A stretch of DNA of 38,126 nt from an uncultured Methylomagnum sp. Its GTDB lineage: Bacteria; Pseudomonadota; Gammaproteobacteria; Methylococcales; Methylomonadaceae. Location of the stretch: positions 1 to 38,126 of the forward strand of contig CAZLGN010000001.1 of NCBI GenBank assembly GCA_964558865.1, written 5' to 3'. A model generated the notes under the pieces. It was not told the origin of the DNA. It was given only the letters and a program-made list of their open reading frames with translations, and made no database searches. Made by a program: the position numbers and the translations under genes. Positions 20,325 to 29,120 of the stretch are shown here, piece after piece (position 1 is the stretch's first letter; every line of letters begins with the position of its first letter).

Positions 20325-22645
20325 ACACATTTAAATTTTTAGCCTTTGGTTTTGCGATTTCTACGCAATTTGCCTTCGCAGAAGGCATTGCCACCGACGG
20401 TACAATGGGCGCGGCGCAAACATTAAGCGGCGCAAACGTCACCATTCCGCAAACTCTCGGCACAACGGTGGGCAATAATTTGTTCCACAGTTTCGCCGAT
20501 TTCAATATCAACTCTGGTCAAACAACGACTTTCACAGGTGGCGATAATCTGCAAAACGTTATTTCTCGCGTCACGGGCGGTAACGCTTCAAACATCAACG
20601 GCGTTTTAAAATCTGAAATCAAAAACGCCGATTTTTACTTCATCAATCCCAACGGCATTACCTTTGGCACAAACTCTCAAGTCGATGTGCCTGCGGCGTT
20701 TCATGTCAGCACCGCCGATAAAATGGATTTTGATAAAAACGGCGGGGTGTTTTATGCCGATTTGAACAAAGACAGCAAACTCAGTAGCGATGCGCCTGCC
20801 GCTTTTGGCTTTTTGGGAACCTCGAAGGCGAATAATGGGTTGATTGATTTCGATAATTCCAAAATCATTTTGAAGCCTGAGAAAACGCTAGATGTCGTCG
20901 CAGGAGAAATCAAAGTTGAAAACAAATCAGCTATTACTGAACCAGCAGGAGAAGTGCGTTTAGTGGCTATGCAAGGTGAAGGAGTTGTGAGTTTGGAAAA
21001 AATTAACGATACATTATCGCTACCAAACACAACGCCAACAACCTCTAATGCAGGGAAAATATCGGTAAAAGACAGTGTTATCGATATGACTGGCGACGGT
21101 GGTGGTCGCTTCGCTCTTTGGGGAGGTGAAACTTCGCTCAAAGACAGCAATGTATTTGCAGATAATAATGGAGCTAAAGATGCTACTTCTGCGAAAGGCG
21201 TTGATATTTATGTTGATTCGCTAGAAATAGATAATGTGAATGTTAATTTCCTAGATGCAGACAAAGGTAGTATTTCAGTTGATGCCTTAAATGCTGGTAA
21301 AGCAGGGAATCTAGTGGCGAAAGTAACCAATTTTTTGAATATATCCAATGGTGGATACATAACGAATCGTGTTTGGCGTCAGGGTAATGGCGGTAATCTC
21401 ACCGTTGCAGTGGATACTCTGAAAATGGATAGTAAAGGTAATCATTCAGTTGGCGGGACAGGTATTTATTCAGGTGTAGAGGAAGGTAGTGGTCAAGCAG
21501 GCGATGTGAGTGTTAGCACACGGGTAATAAATCTTTTACACAGTGGAGTCATTTCAAGTTCAACATGGGCAGAAGGTAACGCTGGGAATGTAACTGTTAT
21601 AGCCTCCGATACTATAGTCATCGACGGTCAATCTGAAAATTTTTGGGGAACAGGTATTTTTACTGACGCACTTCCTGGCAGTAGCGGCAATGCGGGTAAA
21701 GTGTCCGTGAATACCAATAAACTTACCATCCTAAATGGTGGACAAATATCAAGTTCTACTCGAAGTCAAGGAAGTGCTGCTGGAAAAGTATCAGTTACTG
21801 CAAATAATTTGCAAATTGATGCTAAGTGGAATTCTTCCCAGCTAACAGGTATTTTTTCAAAGTCCCGTGGTACAGAATCAAGCGGTGTAACAGGTGATTT
21901 ATCCGTTACAGCGAATGACCAGCTACATATTAACGATGGTGGTGCTATTAGCATTTCAAATGAAGCGAATGATGTCACCAACTCCATCTCAATTAGCCCA
22001 GGCAAAATCATCGTCACCGCACCTAATATCGACATGAAAAACGGTAAAATCAGCGGTAATTCCGCTGGCAACGTTGCCGCAGGAAATATCGCCGTAAATT
22101 TTTCAAATCACCTAAATATGAATTCTTCGTTTATTACCACCACAGCCAATACAGGTAATGGAGGGGCTATAAAAATCAACGGTGGCGAATTGATTTACTT
22201 AAAAGATTCGGGAATCAAAACCACGGTCAGTGGCGAAAACGGCAACGGCGGTGATATTTCAGTCAATGCAGAAATGCTCGTGATGGACACAGGTTTAATT
22301 CAAGCCAATGCGAAAAGTGGCAATGGCGGCAACATTGATTTAGCGTTGCAAGCTCTTATTCCCAGTGCCGACAAGCTAATCAAAGGCGGTAAAACAGTTG
22401 ATTGGAACAGTTCGCCTTCAACAATAAACGTCATTCAAGCTGCTTCACAAACGGGCGTGAGTGGTACAGTCACAAACTCTGCACCACAACTTAATTTGAG
22501 CGGCGTGTTAGCAAATGTCGGCAATGCTAATTTTGATAACAGCCTCATCAGCCAAGATTATTGCGCTTTAGGTCAAGGTAGTTCGCTTGCTAAAAAAGGC
22601 AAAGGCGGTTTGCCGATAAGAGCGAAAGATTTGCAGGTGAAGTAA
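20321..22645 (+). CDS. Filamentous-haemagglutinin-N-terminal (TPS) domain exoprotein, a short TpsA-like beta-helix protein
   Basis: I prefer the ATG at 20321, which has GGGGAG 7 nt upstream and forms an ATGA overlap with the CHAT stop, over the tracked TTG at 20288.
- Signal peptide: MNTFKFLAFGFAISTQFAFA.
- TPS motifs: NLFHSFADFNI, ISRVTGGNASNINGVL, FYFINPNGITFG.
- Periodic repeats of the type GNGGNLTV, GNAGNVTV, GNAGKVSV and GNGGNIDL.
- The protein ends ...DYCALGQGSSLAKKGKGGLPIRAKDLQVK. Confidence 0.9.
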   Translation: MNTFKFLAFGFAISTQFAFAEGIATDGTMGAAQTLSGANVTIPQTLGTTVGNNLFHSFADFNINSGQTTTFTGGDNLQNVISRVTGGNASNINGVLKSEIKNADFYFINPNGITFGTNSQVDVPAAFHVSTADKMDFDKNGGVFYADLNKDSKLSSDAPAAFGFLGTSKANNGLIDFDNSKIILKPEKTLDVVAGEIKVENKSAITEPAGEVRLVAMQGEGVVSLEKINDTLSLPNTTPTTSNAGKISVKDSVIDMTGDGGGRFALWGGETSLKDSNVFADNNGAKDATSAKGVDIYVDSLEIDNVNVNFLDADKGSISVDALNAGKAGNLVAKVTNFLNISNGGYITNRVWRQGNGGNLTVAVDTLKMDSKGNHSVGGTGIYSGVEEGSGQAGDVSVSTRVINLLHSGVISSSTWAEGNAGNVTVIASDTIVIDGQSENFWGTGIFTDALPGSSGNAGKVSVNTNKLTILNGGQISSSTRSQGSAAGKVSVTANNLQIDAKWNSSQLTGIFSKSRGTESSGVTGDLSVTANDQLHINDGGAISISNEANDVTNSISISPGKIIVTAPNIDMKNGKISGNSAGNVAAGNIAVNFSNHLNMNSSFITTTANTGNGGAIKINGGELIYLKDSGIKTTVSGENGNGGDISVNAEMLVMDTGLIQANAKSGNGGNIDLALQALIPSADKLIKGGKTVDWNSSPSTINVIQAASQTGVSGTVTNSAPQLNLSGVLANVGNANFDNSLISQDYCALGQGSSLAKKGKGGLPIRAKDLQVK

Positions 22646-22647
22646 CA

Positions 22648-24543
22648 TTGCAAACGCCCTTCAAAAAATGGTTACTTCATTCTCATGTAAGTTGCTCTCT
22701 ATTAGGCTTGTTGTCTGCCGTTGTAATTATCGTTTTGCAATACATCGGCATTTTACAAGGTGCAGAATTACAAGCATTTGACCAATTTTTACTGAAACGT
22801 CCAACAATAGCGATTGATGACCGTATCGTGGTAATTGGTGAAACTGAACCCGATATTCGTCGTTTCGGACATCCACTTTCTGATCAAGTGTTAGCGGACG
22901 CACTGCAAATACTAGAAAAAAATAACGCGCGAGTCATTGGCGTAGATAAATACCGCGATGTTGCGGTAAAACCTGGCACAAAAGAACTCAAAAACGTATT
23001 GCAAAAATACAGCAACATTGTTTGGATTTTTTTCACGGGTAATTCAAAACAGGAATTTATTCCTGCGCCAGAAGTCATAGTAAATAACCCTGAAAGAACA
23101 GGTTTTAATGATCTCGTGGAAGATAGCGACGGTGTGGCGCGGCGGGGATTGTTATTTTTAGAAATGGATGGCGACAATTATTACGCTTTTCCTTTGTTAC
23201 TGGCTTTGCATTATTTGGCGGGTGAAAACATCGCGGCTGGCAGCGATGAACAAGGAAATTTAAACCTCAATGGTGTGAGTTTGCCACCAATAGATTCAAA
23301 ATTTGGAGCCTATAACGCCGTAGATACGGGCGGCTATCAAATCATGCTCGATTATCCAGGGCTGCCGCAATCATTCAGTTTTTTCACCTTGTCTGATTTA
23401 TTCGATGGCAAAATTAAAAACAACGCGCTCAAAGATAAAATTGTCCTCATCGGTGGAATGGCACCTAGTTTGAGTGATTACCGCTTGTTGCCGAATGAAA
23501 TGAAACGTTTTGGCGTTGAGCATCACGCTTATTTTGTTAGCCAATTATTAAACACAGCACTTGAAAAAAAATCGCCCTTACGCGCTTGGTCAAATAATGT
23601 TGAATATGGTTGGTTATTATTGTGGTGTTTAATCGGTGCATTGACAGGATTTTGCAGAAAGCAACTGCTGCAACTATGCACATTGATAATAGCTGAGATT
23701 TTACTGTTACAAGGTTTAAACATTATTTTACTCAATGAAAATTTGTGGACACCTTTAGTCGCACCATTACTGGGCTGGGGAAGTGCGTTAGCGTTGAGTA
23801 TTTTATATTTTTCCAGTCAAGAACGTGCTGAACGTCGCCAATTGATGCAATTATTTGCGAGCCACGTTTCGCCCGAAGTGGCTAAACGATTGTGGGACGC
23901 ACGAGAACAATTTTTTACAGAAGGCGGTGTTAAACCTGATACTTTAACTGCCACAGTGTTATTTACAGACATCACAAACTTCACCACGCTTGCAGAAAAA
24001 ATGGAGCCGCTGATTTTAATGAAATGGCTAAATGAATATATGGGCGAAATGAGCAACATCGTCACGCATCATAATGGCATGGTGAACAAATATATTGGTG
24101 ATGCGATTATGGCGATTTTTGGTGTACCCGTAAAACGTGAAACAGAAACAGAAATTGCTACCGACGCGCAACATGCCGTTAAATGCGCCATTGAATTTAA
24201 TCGGCGGTTGCGTGAACTTAATCAAAAATGGCAAACACAAGGGCTTCCTGAAATTACTATGCGAGTCGGTATTTACACGGGGTCATTAGTGGCAGGTAGT
24301 TTTGGTGGTGCAGTACGAATGGAGTACACTGTCATTGGCGATACAGTTAATGCTGCCTCACGTTTAGAAAGTTTCGATAAAACAACGGCAGAACCTGATA
24401 ATCAGCATCCGTGCCGCATTTTGATTGGAGAAACGACTTATCACTGCATCTCGTCTCTTTACGAAACCAAAATGGTCGGTGAGTACAAACTAAAAGGCAG
24501 AAATGAATACTCAAAAATTTATCAAGTTATTGTTTCACGATGA
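22648..24543 (+). CDS. CHASE2-sensor class III adenylate/guanylate cyclase, with a probable class IIIb adenylate cyclase signature
   Basis: The TTG start lies 2 nt after the TpsA stop, with AGGTGA 7 nt upstream. The layout is TM1, a periplasmic region of about 280 aa beginning with the CHASE2-typical LQGAELQAFDQFLLKRP, three transmembrane helices, then the cyclase homology domain (VLFTDITNFT, NKYIGDAIMAIFG, YTVIGDTVNAASRLES). Confidence 0.9.
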   Translation: MQTPFKKWLLHSHVSCSLLGLLSAVVIIVLQYIGILQGAELQAFDQFLLKRPTIAIDDRIVVIGETEPDIRRFGHPLSDQVLADALQILEKNNARVIGVDKYRDVAVKPGTKELKNVLQKYSNIVWIFFTGNSKQEFIPAPEVIVNNPERTGFNDLVEDSDGVARRGLLFLEMDGDNYYAFPLLLALHYLAGENIAAGSDEQGNLNLNGVSLPPIDSKFGAYNAVDTGGYQIMLDYPGLPQSFSFFTLSDLFDGKIKNNALKDKIVLIGGMAPSLSDYRLLPNEMKRFGVEHHAYFVSQLLNTALEKKSPLRAWSNNVEYGWLLLWCLIGALTGFCRKQLLQLCTLIIAEILLLQGLNIILLNENLWTPLVAPLLGWGSALALSILYFSSQERAERRQLMQLFASHVSPEVAKRLWDAREQFFTEGGVKPDTLTATVLFTDITNFTTLAEKMEPLILMKWLNEYMGEMSNIVTHHNGMVNKYIGDAIMAIFGVPVKRETETEIATDAQHAVKCAIEFNRRLRELNQKWQTQGLPEITMRVGIYTGSLVAGSFGGAVRMEYTVIGDTVNAASRLESFDKTTAEPDNQHPCRILIGETTYHCISSLYETKMVGEYKLKGRNEYSKIYQVIVSR

Positions 24544-24582
24544 AAAATTGAGTTCAATCCAACCGCTATTTGGAGTCACGTT

Positions 24583-25167
24583 ATGAACAAAAAACTTGTC
24601 TTGCTCGTTATTTTTATTTCATTGTTACCTTCATTCACAAATGCTGACGGCTTACTAACATACAAGCCGCCGCAAATGACAACTTTACAAGGTCGCATTG
24701 GAGGTGGCACGCGCAGTTTGAATTTAGCCACACCAAAAATTCAACTATTAGCACCCAAGCACATTGCGTTAACAAGTCAAACACAACCAATTTTGTATTG
24801 GTATTCATCAGAACCCAATCAACAAAAAGTAGAATTTATTTTAATTGAAGAAGGGGCAGATGAACCTTTATTAGAAGAAAGTTTGTCGATGACCACTGTT
24901 GGCATAAACCGCATCCGTTTAAAAGATTACAACGTGTCGTTGCAAGCGGGTAAAAAATATAAATGGTCTATCAATAATTCTGCACAAAGTTTAGAAGATG
25001 CCAGTGCAACGTTGATTTATCAATTCCCTACTGTCTCGTTATCTACTATCGAACAAAAAGCAGAAAACGGTTACTGGTACGATACGCTACAGCAACTCAT
25101 TGAAAGTCATTCGCCACTTGCCAATGATTTACTCAAACAAATTGGCATAGAAATACCCCCGCTTTAA
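24583..25167 (+). CDS. Secreted DUF928-family protein
   Basis: 194-aa ORF with GGAG upstream of the ATG and a signal peptide (LLVIFISLLPSFTNA). Family-like motifs recalled from DUF928 are YKPPQ...GRIGGGTRS, PILYWY, KVEFILIEE, LQAGKKYKW and NGYWYDTLQQL. Confidence 0.8.
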   Translation: MNKKLVLLVIFISLLPSFTNADGLLTYKPPQMTTLQGRIGGGTRSLNLATPKIQLLAPKHIALTSQTQPILYWYSSEPNQQKVEFILIEEGADEPLLEESLSMTTVGINRIRLKDYNVSLQAGKKYKWSINNSAQSLEDASATLIYQFPTVSLSTIEQKAENGYWYDTLQQLIESHSPLANDLLKQIGIEIPPL

Positions 25168-25180
25168 ATTCGTACTGATT

Positions 25181-26704
25181 ATGTTTTGTCTGGTTCAATC
25201 ACTGCTAAAAGACACCGTTTATCCACATTCGGTAAGCGAAATTGAATTGATTGAAACCCACATTTCGTGGATTTTTTTGACGGGCAATTTTGCTTATAAA
25301 ATCAAAAAGCCCGTTCAATTCGATTTTTTAGACTTTTCGACGTTAGAAAAGCGGCATTTTTACTGTGAAGAAGAATTGCGATTAAATCGCCGTTTTGCGC
25401 CGAATCTTTATTTGCAAGTCGTTCCAATCACAGGAACGGTGGAACATCCACAAATTGACGGCAGCAGTGAAACGATAGAATATGCCGTTAAAATGCAGCA
25501 ATTCCCCGCAGGTCAACTTCTGAGTGAAATGGCGAATTGCGGGGATTTGAACACAGAAATTATTGACCAACTCGCTGACCTCACCGCTGATTTTCATCAT
25601 CGCGCCACTTCTGATATTTCCCGCAGTCATTACGGAACAGCCGCCGAAATTCATCATTGGTTTTCAGGCAACTTCGCACCAATTCGTCCATTTTTTGATG
25701 TGGCGCAATTAGAAGTGTGGGGCGAGAAGGAATTGTTAAAAAATACGCTGTTAATTGAACAGCGCAAACAGCACGGTTTCATTCGAGAATGTCACGGTGA
25801 TTTGCATTTGGGAAATATCGTGTGGTTTGAAAATCGCGTTACGCCGTTTGATGGCATCGAATTCAATCCCGCTTTGCGTTGGATTGACGTAATGAATGAA
25901 GTTGCGTTTGCGGTGATGGATTTAGAACAACGCAATTTTAAACCGTTTGCCTATCGATTTTTGAACCGTTATTTAAGTCAAACGGGCGATTATTCAGGCT
26001 TGAGTTTGCTGCATTATTATTGCGTTTATCGGGCGTTGGTTCGCGCCAAAATTGCCTTATTGCGCTGGCAACAACATCGAAACCAGTTGGATTTTGTTGA
26101 CGCTGAAAGTTATCTCAAATTAGCAGAACGTTTCACTACACAAAAATCGCCGTTATTGATTATTACGCATGGTTTTTCGGGTTCAGGAAAATCCACCGTC
26201 AGCGCACAATTGGCAGAAAATTTAGGTTTGATTCATTTGCGTTCGGATGTTGAACGGCAACGGTTATTTGAGAAATCGGAGCAAAACATTTACAGTTCAA
26301 AACACACCCAACAAACATATCAAACGCTCGCCGATTTTGCCGCCACAATTCTCCATGCAGGGTTTTCAGTGTTGGTTGATGCGACGTTTCTTAAATTAGA
26401 CCAACGCGCTTTATTTCAAAAATTGGCAGCTAATCAAAACGTAGAATTTTTTATTTTAGATTTTCAGGCAACAAAGGAGGAATTAAGTCGTCGCATTCTT
26501 CAACGGCAACAACTCGGCAATGATTTTTCGGAAGCGACGTTAGCCGTATTGCAACAACAAATTAAATCTGCACAATCCCTGATTTCGACTGAACAACATA
26601 AAACGATTCAAATCGAAAACGTGGCAGATGCGTTAAAAAAATTACTTCATCATCTCCAAGGAGAACACCATGACACAACCAGTAAATTATATTCGTTGGT
26701 TTAA
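25181..26704 (+). CDS. Fused aminoglycoside-phosphotransferase-like kinase and P-loop (AAA/gluconate-kinase-like) ATP-binding protein
   Basis: 507-aa ORF. The N-terminal domain has IETHISWIFLTGNFAYKIKKPV and the protein-kinase-like catalytic loop CHGDLHLGNI. The C-terminal domain has the Walker A motif ITHGFSGSGKST. Its 3' end overlaps the ppsA start by 35 nt. Confidence 0.8.
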   Translation: MFCLVQSLLKDTVYPHSVSEIELIETHISWIFLTGNFAYKIKKPVQFDFLDFSTLEKRHFYCEEELRLNRRFAPNLYLQVVPITGTVEHPQIDGSSETIEYAVKMQQFPAGQLLSEMANCGDLNTEIIDQLADLTADFHHRATSDISRSHYGTAAEIHHWFSGNFAPIRPFFDVAQLEVWGEKELLKNTLLIEQRKQHGFIRECHGDLHLGNIVWFENRVTPFDGIEFNPALRWIDVMNEVAFAVMDLEQRNFKPFAYRFLNRYLSQTGDYSGLSLLHYYCVYRALVRAKIALLRWQQHRNQLDFVDAESYLKLAERFTTQKSPLLIITHGFSGSGKSTVSAQLAENLGLIHLRSDVERQRLFEKSEQNIYSSKHTQQTYQTLADFAATILHAGFSVLVDATFLKLDQRALFQKLAANQNVEFFILDFQATKEELSRRILQRQQLGNDFSEATLAVLQQQIKSAQSLISTEQHKTIQIENVADALKKLLHHLQGEHHDTTSKLYSLV

Positions 26705-29084
26705 TGAATTGACGATTGATGATGTGCCGTTAGTTGGCGGTAAAAATGCTTCGCTGGGTGAAATGTATCGCGAACTCGGGTCGCAAGGCGTACAAATTCC
26801 AAATGGTTTCGCAGTTACGGCAGAAGCCTATCGTTATATTTTGGATAAATCAAATAGTTGGGCGGCTTTGCACGAAGCGTTAGACGATTTGAATCCCGAA
26901 GACGTGAATGATTTAGCCAAACGCGCCCGAAAAGCGCGGGAAATTATTTACGCCGCGCCACTTCCCGAAGATTTAGAACAGCAAATCCTCGCCGCTTACA
27001 AAAAATTACAGGAACAATACGGCGAAGAATTGAGCGTTGCCGTTCGCAGTTCAGCCACCGCTGAAGATTTACCGACCGCGAGTTTTGCGGGACAACAAGA
27101 CACTTATCTCAACATTCGCGGCGAAGTGGTGTTGCTCGAATCGTGCAAACGTTGTTTTGCCAGCTTATTCACCGACCGCGCCATTCATTATCGTGTCGAT
27201 CAAGGTTTTGACCATTTCAAACTCGCGTTATCAATCGGTATCATGAAAATGGTGCGCTCCGACTTATCTGCCAGCGGCGTGATGTTTTCGCTCGACACCG
27301 AATCGGGTTTTAGCGACGTGGTATTTATTACGGGAGCTTACGGTTTGGGTGAAAATGTCGTACAAGGTGCCGTGGATCCCGACGAATTCTATGTGCATAA
27401 ACCGACGTTTGAACTTGGACACCGTGCCGTTTTGCAGCGAACGTAAAAAAAAAAAAAAATCAAAATGATTTACAGCGACCAAGACACGCGCGAATCGATA
27501 CAGAATATCGTTACCTCAAATGAAGAACGAAATCGGTTTTGTATTACCGATGCAGATGTGTTGACGCTTGCTGATTACGCGATAAAAATTGAAAAACATT
27601 ACAGTGCCAAAGCAGGTCACACCAAACCAATGGATATGGAATGGGCGAAAGATGGGCTTGATGGTGAGTTGTACATTGTGCAGGCGCGTCCTGAAACGGT
27701 TGTTTCGCAATTGCGCGGCATGATGTTGGAACAATACACGCTCAAAGAATCCGCTGTGCCGATTATTACGGGGCATTCAGTCGGCAGTAAAATTGCCACA
27801 GGCAACGCGCGAATCATCGAAAATGCTCAACAGCTTGGCGATTTTAAAGCAGGCGATATTTTAGTTGCCGATATGACCACACCTGATTGGGAACCTGTCA
27901 TGAAAATTGCGTCGGCGATTGTGACAAATCGTGGGGGCCGCACATGCCATGCGGCGATTATCTCGCGTGAATTAGGCGTTCCAGCGGTGGTCGGTTGTGA
28001 AAATGCCACGACCACAATTAAAAATAATTCGCCTGTCACGGTTTCTTGTGCCGAAGGAGATGTTGGCAAAGTGTACGCGGGAACGTTAGATTTCAAAGTC
28101 GAATCGACCGATTTATCGGGTTTGAAACGTCCAAAAACCAAAATCATGCTCAATATTGCCAATCCCGAAGTCGCGTTCAAAACCAGCTTTTTGCCAAATG
28201 ATGGCGTGGGGTTGATGCGGATGGAATTCATCATTACCGAATACATCAAAGCACATCCGATGGCGTTGATTCATCCAGAGCGTGTGCAAGATGCGAATGA
28301 ACGTGAACAATTAGCAAAATTAACGCGAAATTACGCTACGCCGCAAGAATTTTTCATCAGTAAATTAGCCGAAGGCGTTGGCACAATTGGCGCGGCGTTT
28401 TATCCGAAACCCGTTGTGGTGCGAATGTCTGATTTTAAAACCAATGAATATGCCACGCTTTTGGGAGGCAAGTGGTTTGAATTCGACGAAGAAAATCCGA
28501 TGATTGGCTTTCGTGGTGCGTCACGTTACACGCATCCTGCGTATGCCGAAGGTTTTGCGCTGGAATGCGCGGCAATGAAACGTATCCGCGACGACATGGG
28601 ATTGACCAATGTGATTTTGATGATTCCGTTTTGTCGGCGGGTTCAAGAAGCCAAAAAAGTGTTGGATTACATGGCGCAACTCGGTTTGAAACGTGGCGAA
28701 AACGGGTTGCAAATTTACGTCATGTGCGAAATTCCAAATAACGTGATTTCGATTGATGCGTTTTCTGAACATTTCGACGGCTTTTCGATTGGCTCGAATG
28801 ATTTGACGCAACTCACGTTGGGTGTTGACCGTGATTCGGCGATTTTGGCAGAAGATTTCGACGAACGAGATCACGGCGTAAAAGAGATGATTCGATTAGC
28901 GGTAACGGGTTCAAAACGTAACGGCAAACATTGTGGATTGTGCGGACAAGCACCGTCGGATTATCCTGAAATGGCGCAATTTTTGGTTGAAATTGGGATT
29001 GATTCCATGAGTTTAAATCCTGATACCGTTTTAAAAACCACGCAATTGGTTTTGGAAACAGAGAAACGATTGGCAAAAAGCTAA
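26670..29084 (+). pseudogene. ppsA: Phosphoenolpyruvate synthase (pyruvate, water dikinase), interrupted by a single in-frame TAA at 27444-27446
   Basis: ORFs 26670..27446 and 27465..29084 share one frame. Read through, the sequence is ...FYVHKPTFELGHRAVLQRT*KKKKIKMIYSD..., which aligns without gaps to my recollection of E. coli PpsA (...VHKPT...IVRRTMGSKKIRMVY...). The N-terminal VGGKNASLGEM, the phospho-His region TNRGGRTCHAAIISRELG and the PEP-utilising C-terminal domain are all intact. Confidence 0.9.
27445..27459 (+). repeat. A15 homopolymer tract inside ppsA, beginning within the in-frame TAA
   Basis: Direct count: T at 27444, then 15 consecutive A (27445-27459), then T at 27460. Confidence 0.95.
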
Positions 29085-29120
29085 TTAAATGTGCTTATTT
29101 AAAGACTTGGAATTTAAACT

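Noticed and set aside
20321-22645. Interpretation of the TpsB/TpsA pair as a contact-dependent inhibition (CdiB/CdiA) or haemolysin (ShlB/ShlA) locus.
   Set aside because: There is no VENN/pretoxin motif, toxin domain or small immunity ORF downstream. The exoprotein is far shorter than CdiA or FhaB and is followed by a cyclase gene instead.
16379-25167. The five-gene module as a horizontally acquired genomic island or an anti-phage defence island.
   Set aside because: I see no integrase, transposase, tRNA, flanking direct repeats or obvious compositional break. All components are exported or periplasm-facing, which argues against an intracellular defence role. Horizontal origin cannot be excluded without compositional statistics.
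14942-27446. The idea that the two in-frame TAA codons reflect genetic-code reassignment of TAA.
   Set aside because: Many genes in the window terminate with TAA at homologue-consistent positions, for example the hybrid kinase at 7965-7967, the TpsA-like gene at 22643-22645 and ppsA at 29082-29084. TAA therefore clearly functions as a stop here.
27444-27459. Rescue of ppsA by transcriptional or translational slippage on the A15 tract.
   Set aside because: The two ORFs are already in the same frame and the T of the stop precedes the run, so adding or removing A residues cannot remove the TAA. A +1 shift runs into a TGA after about 28 codons.
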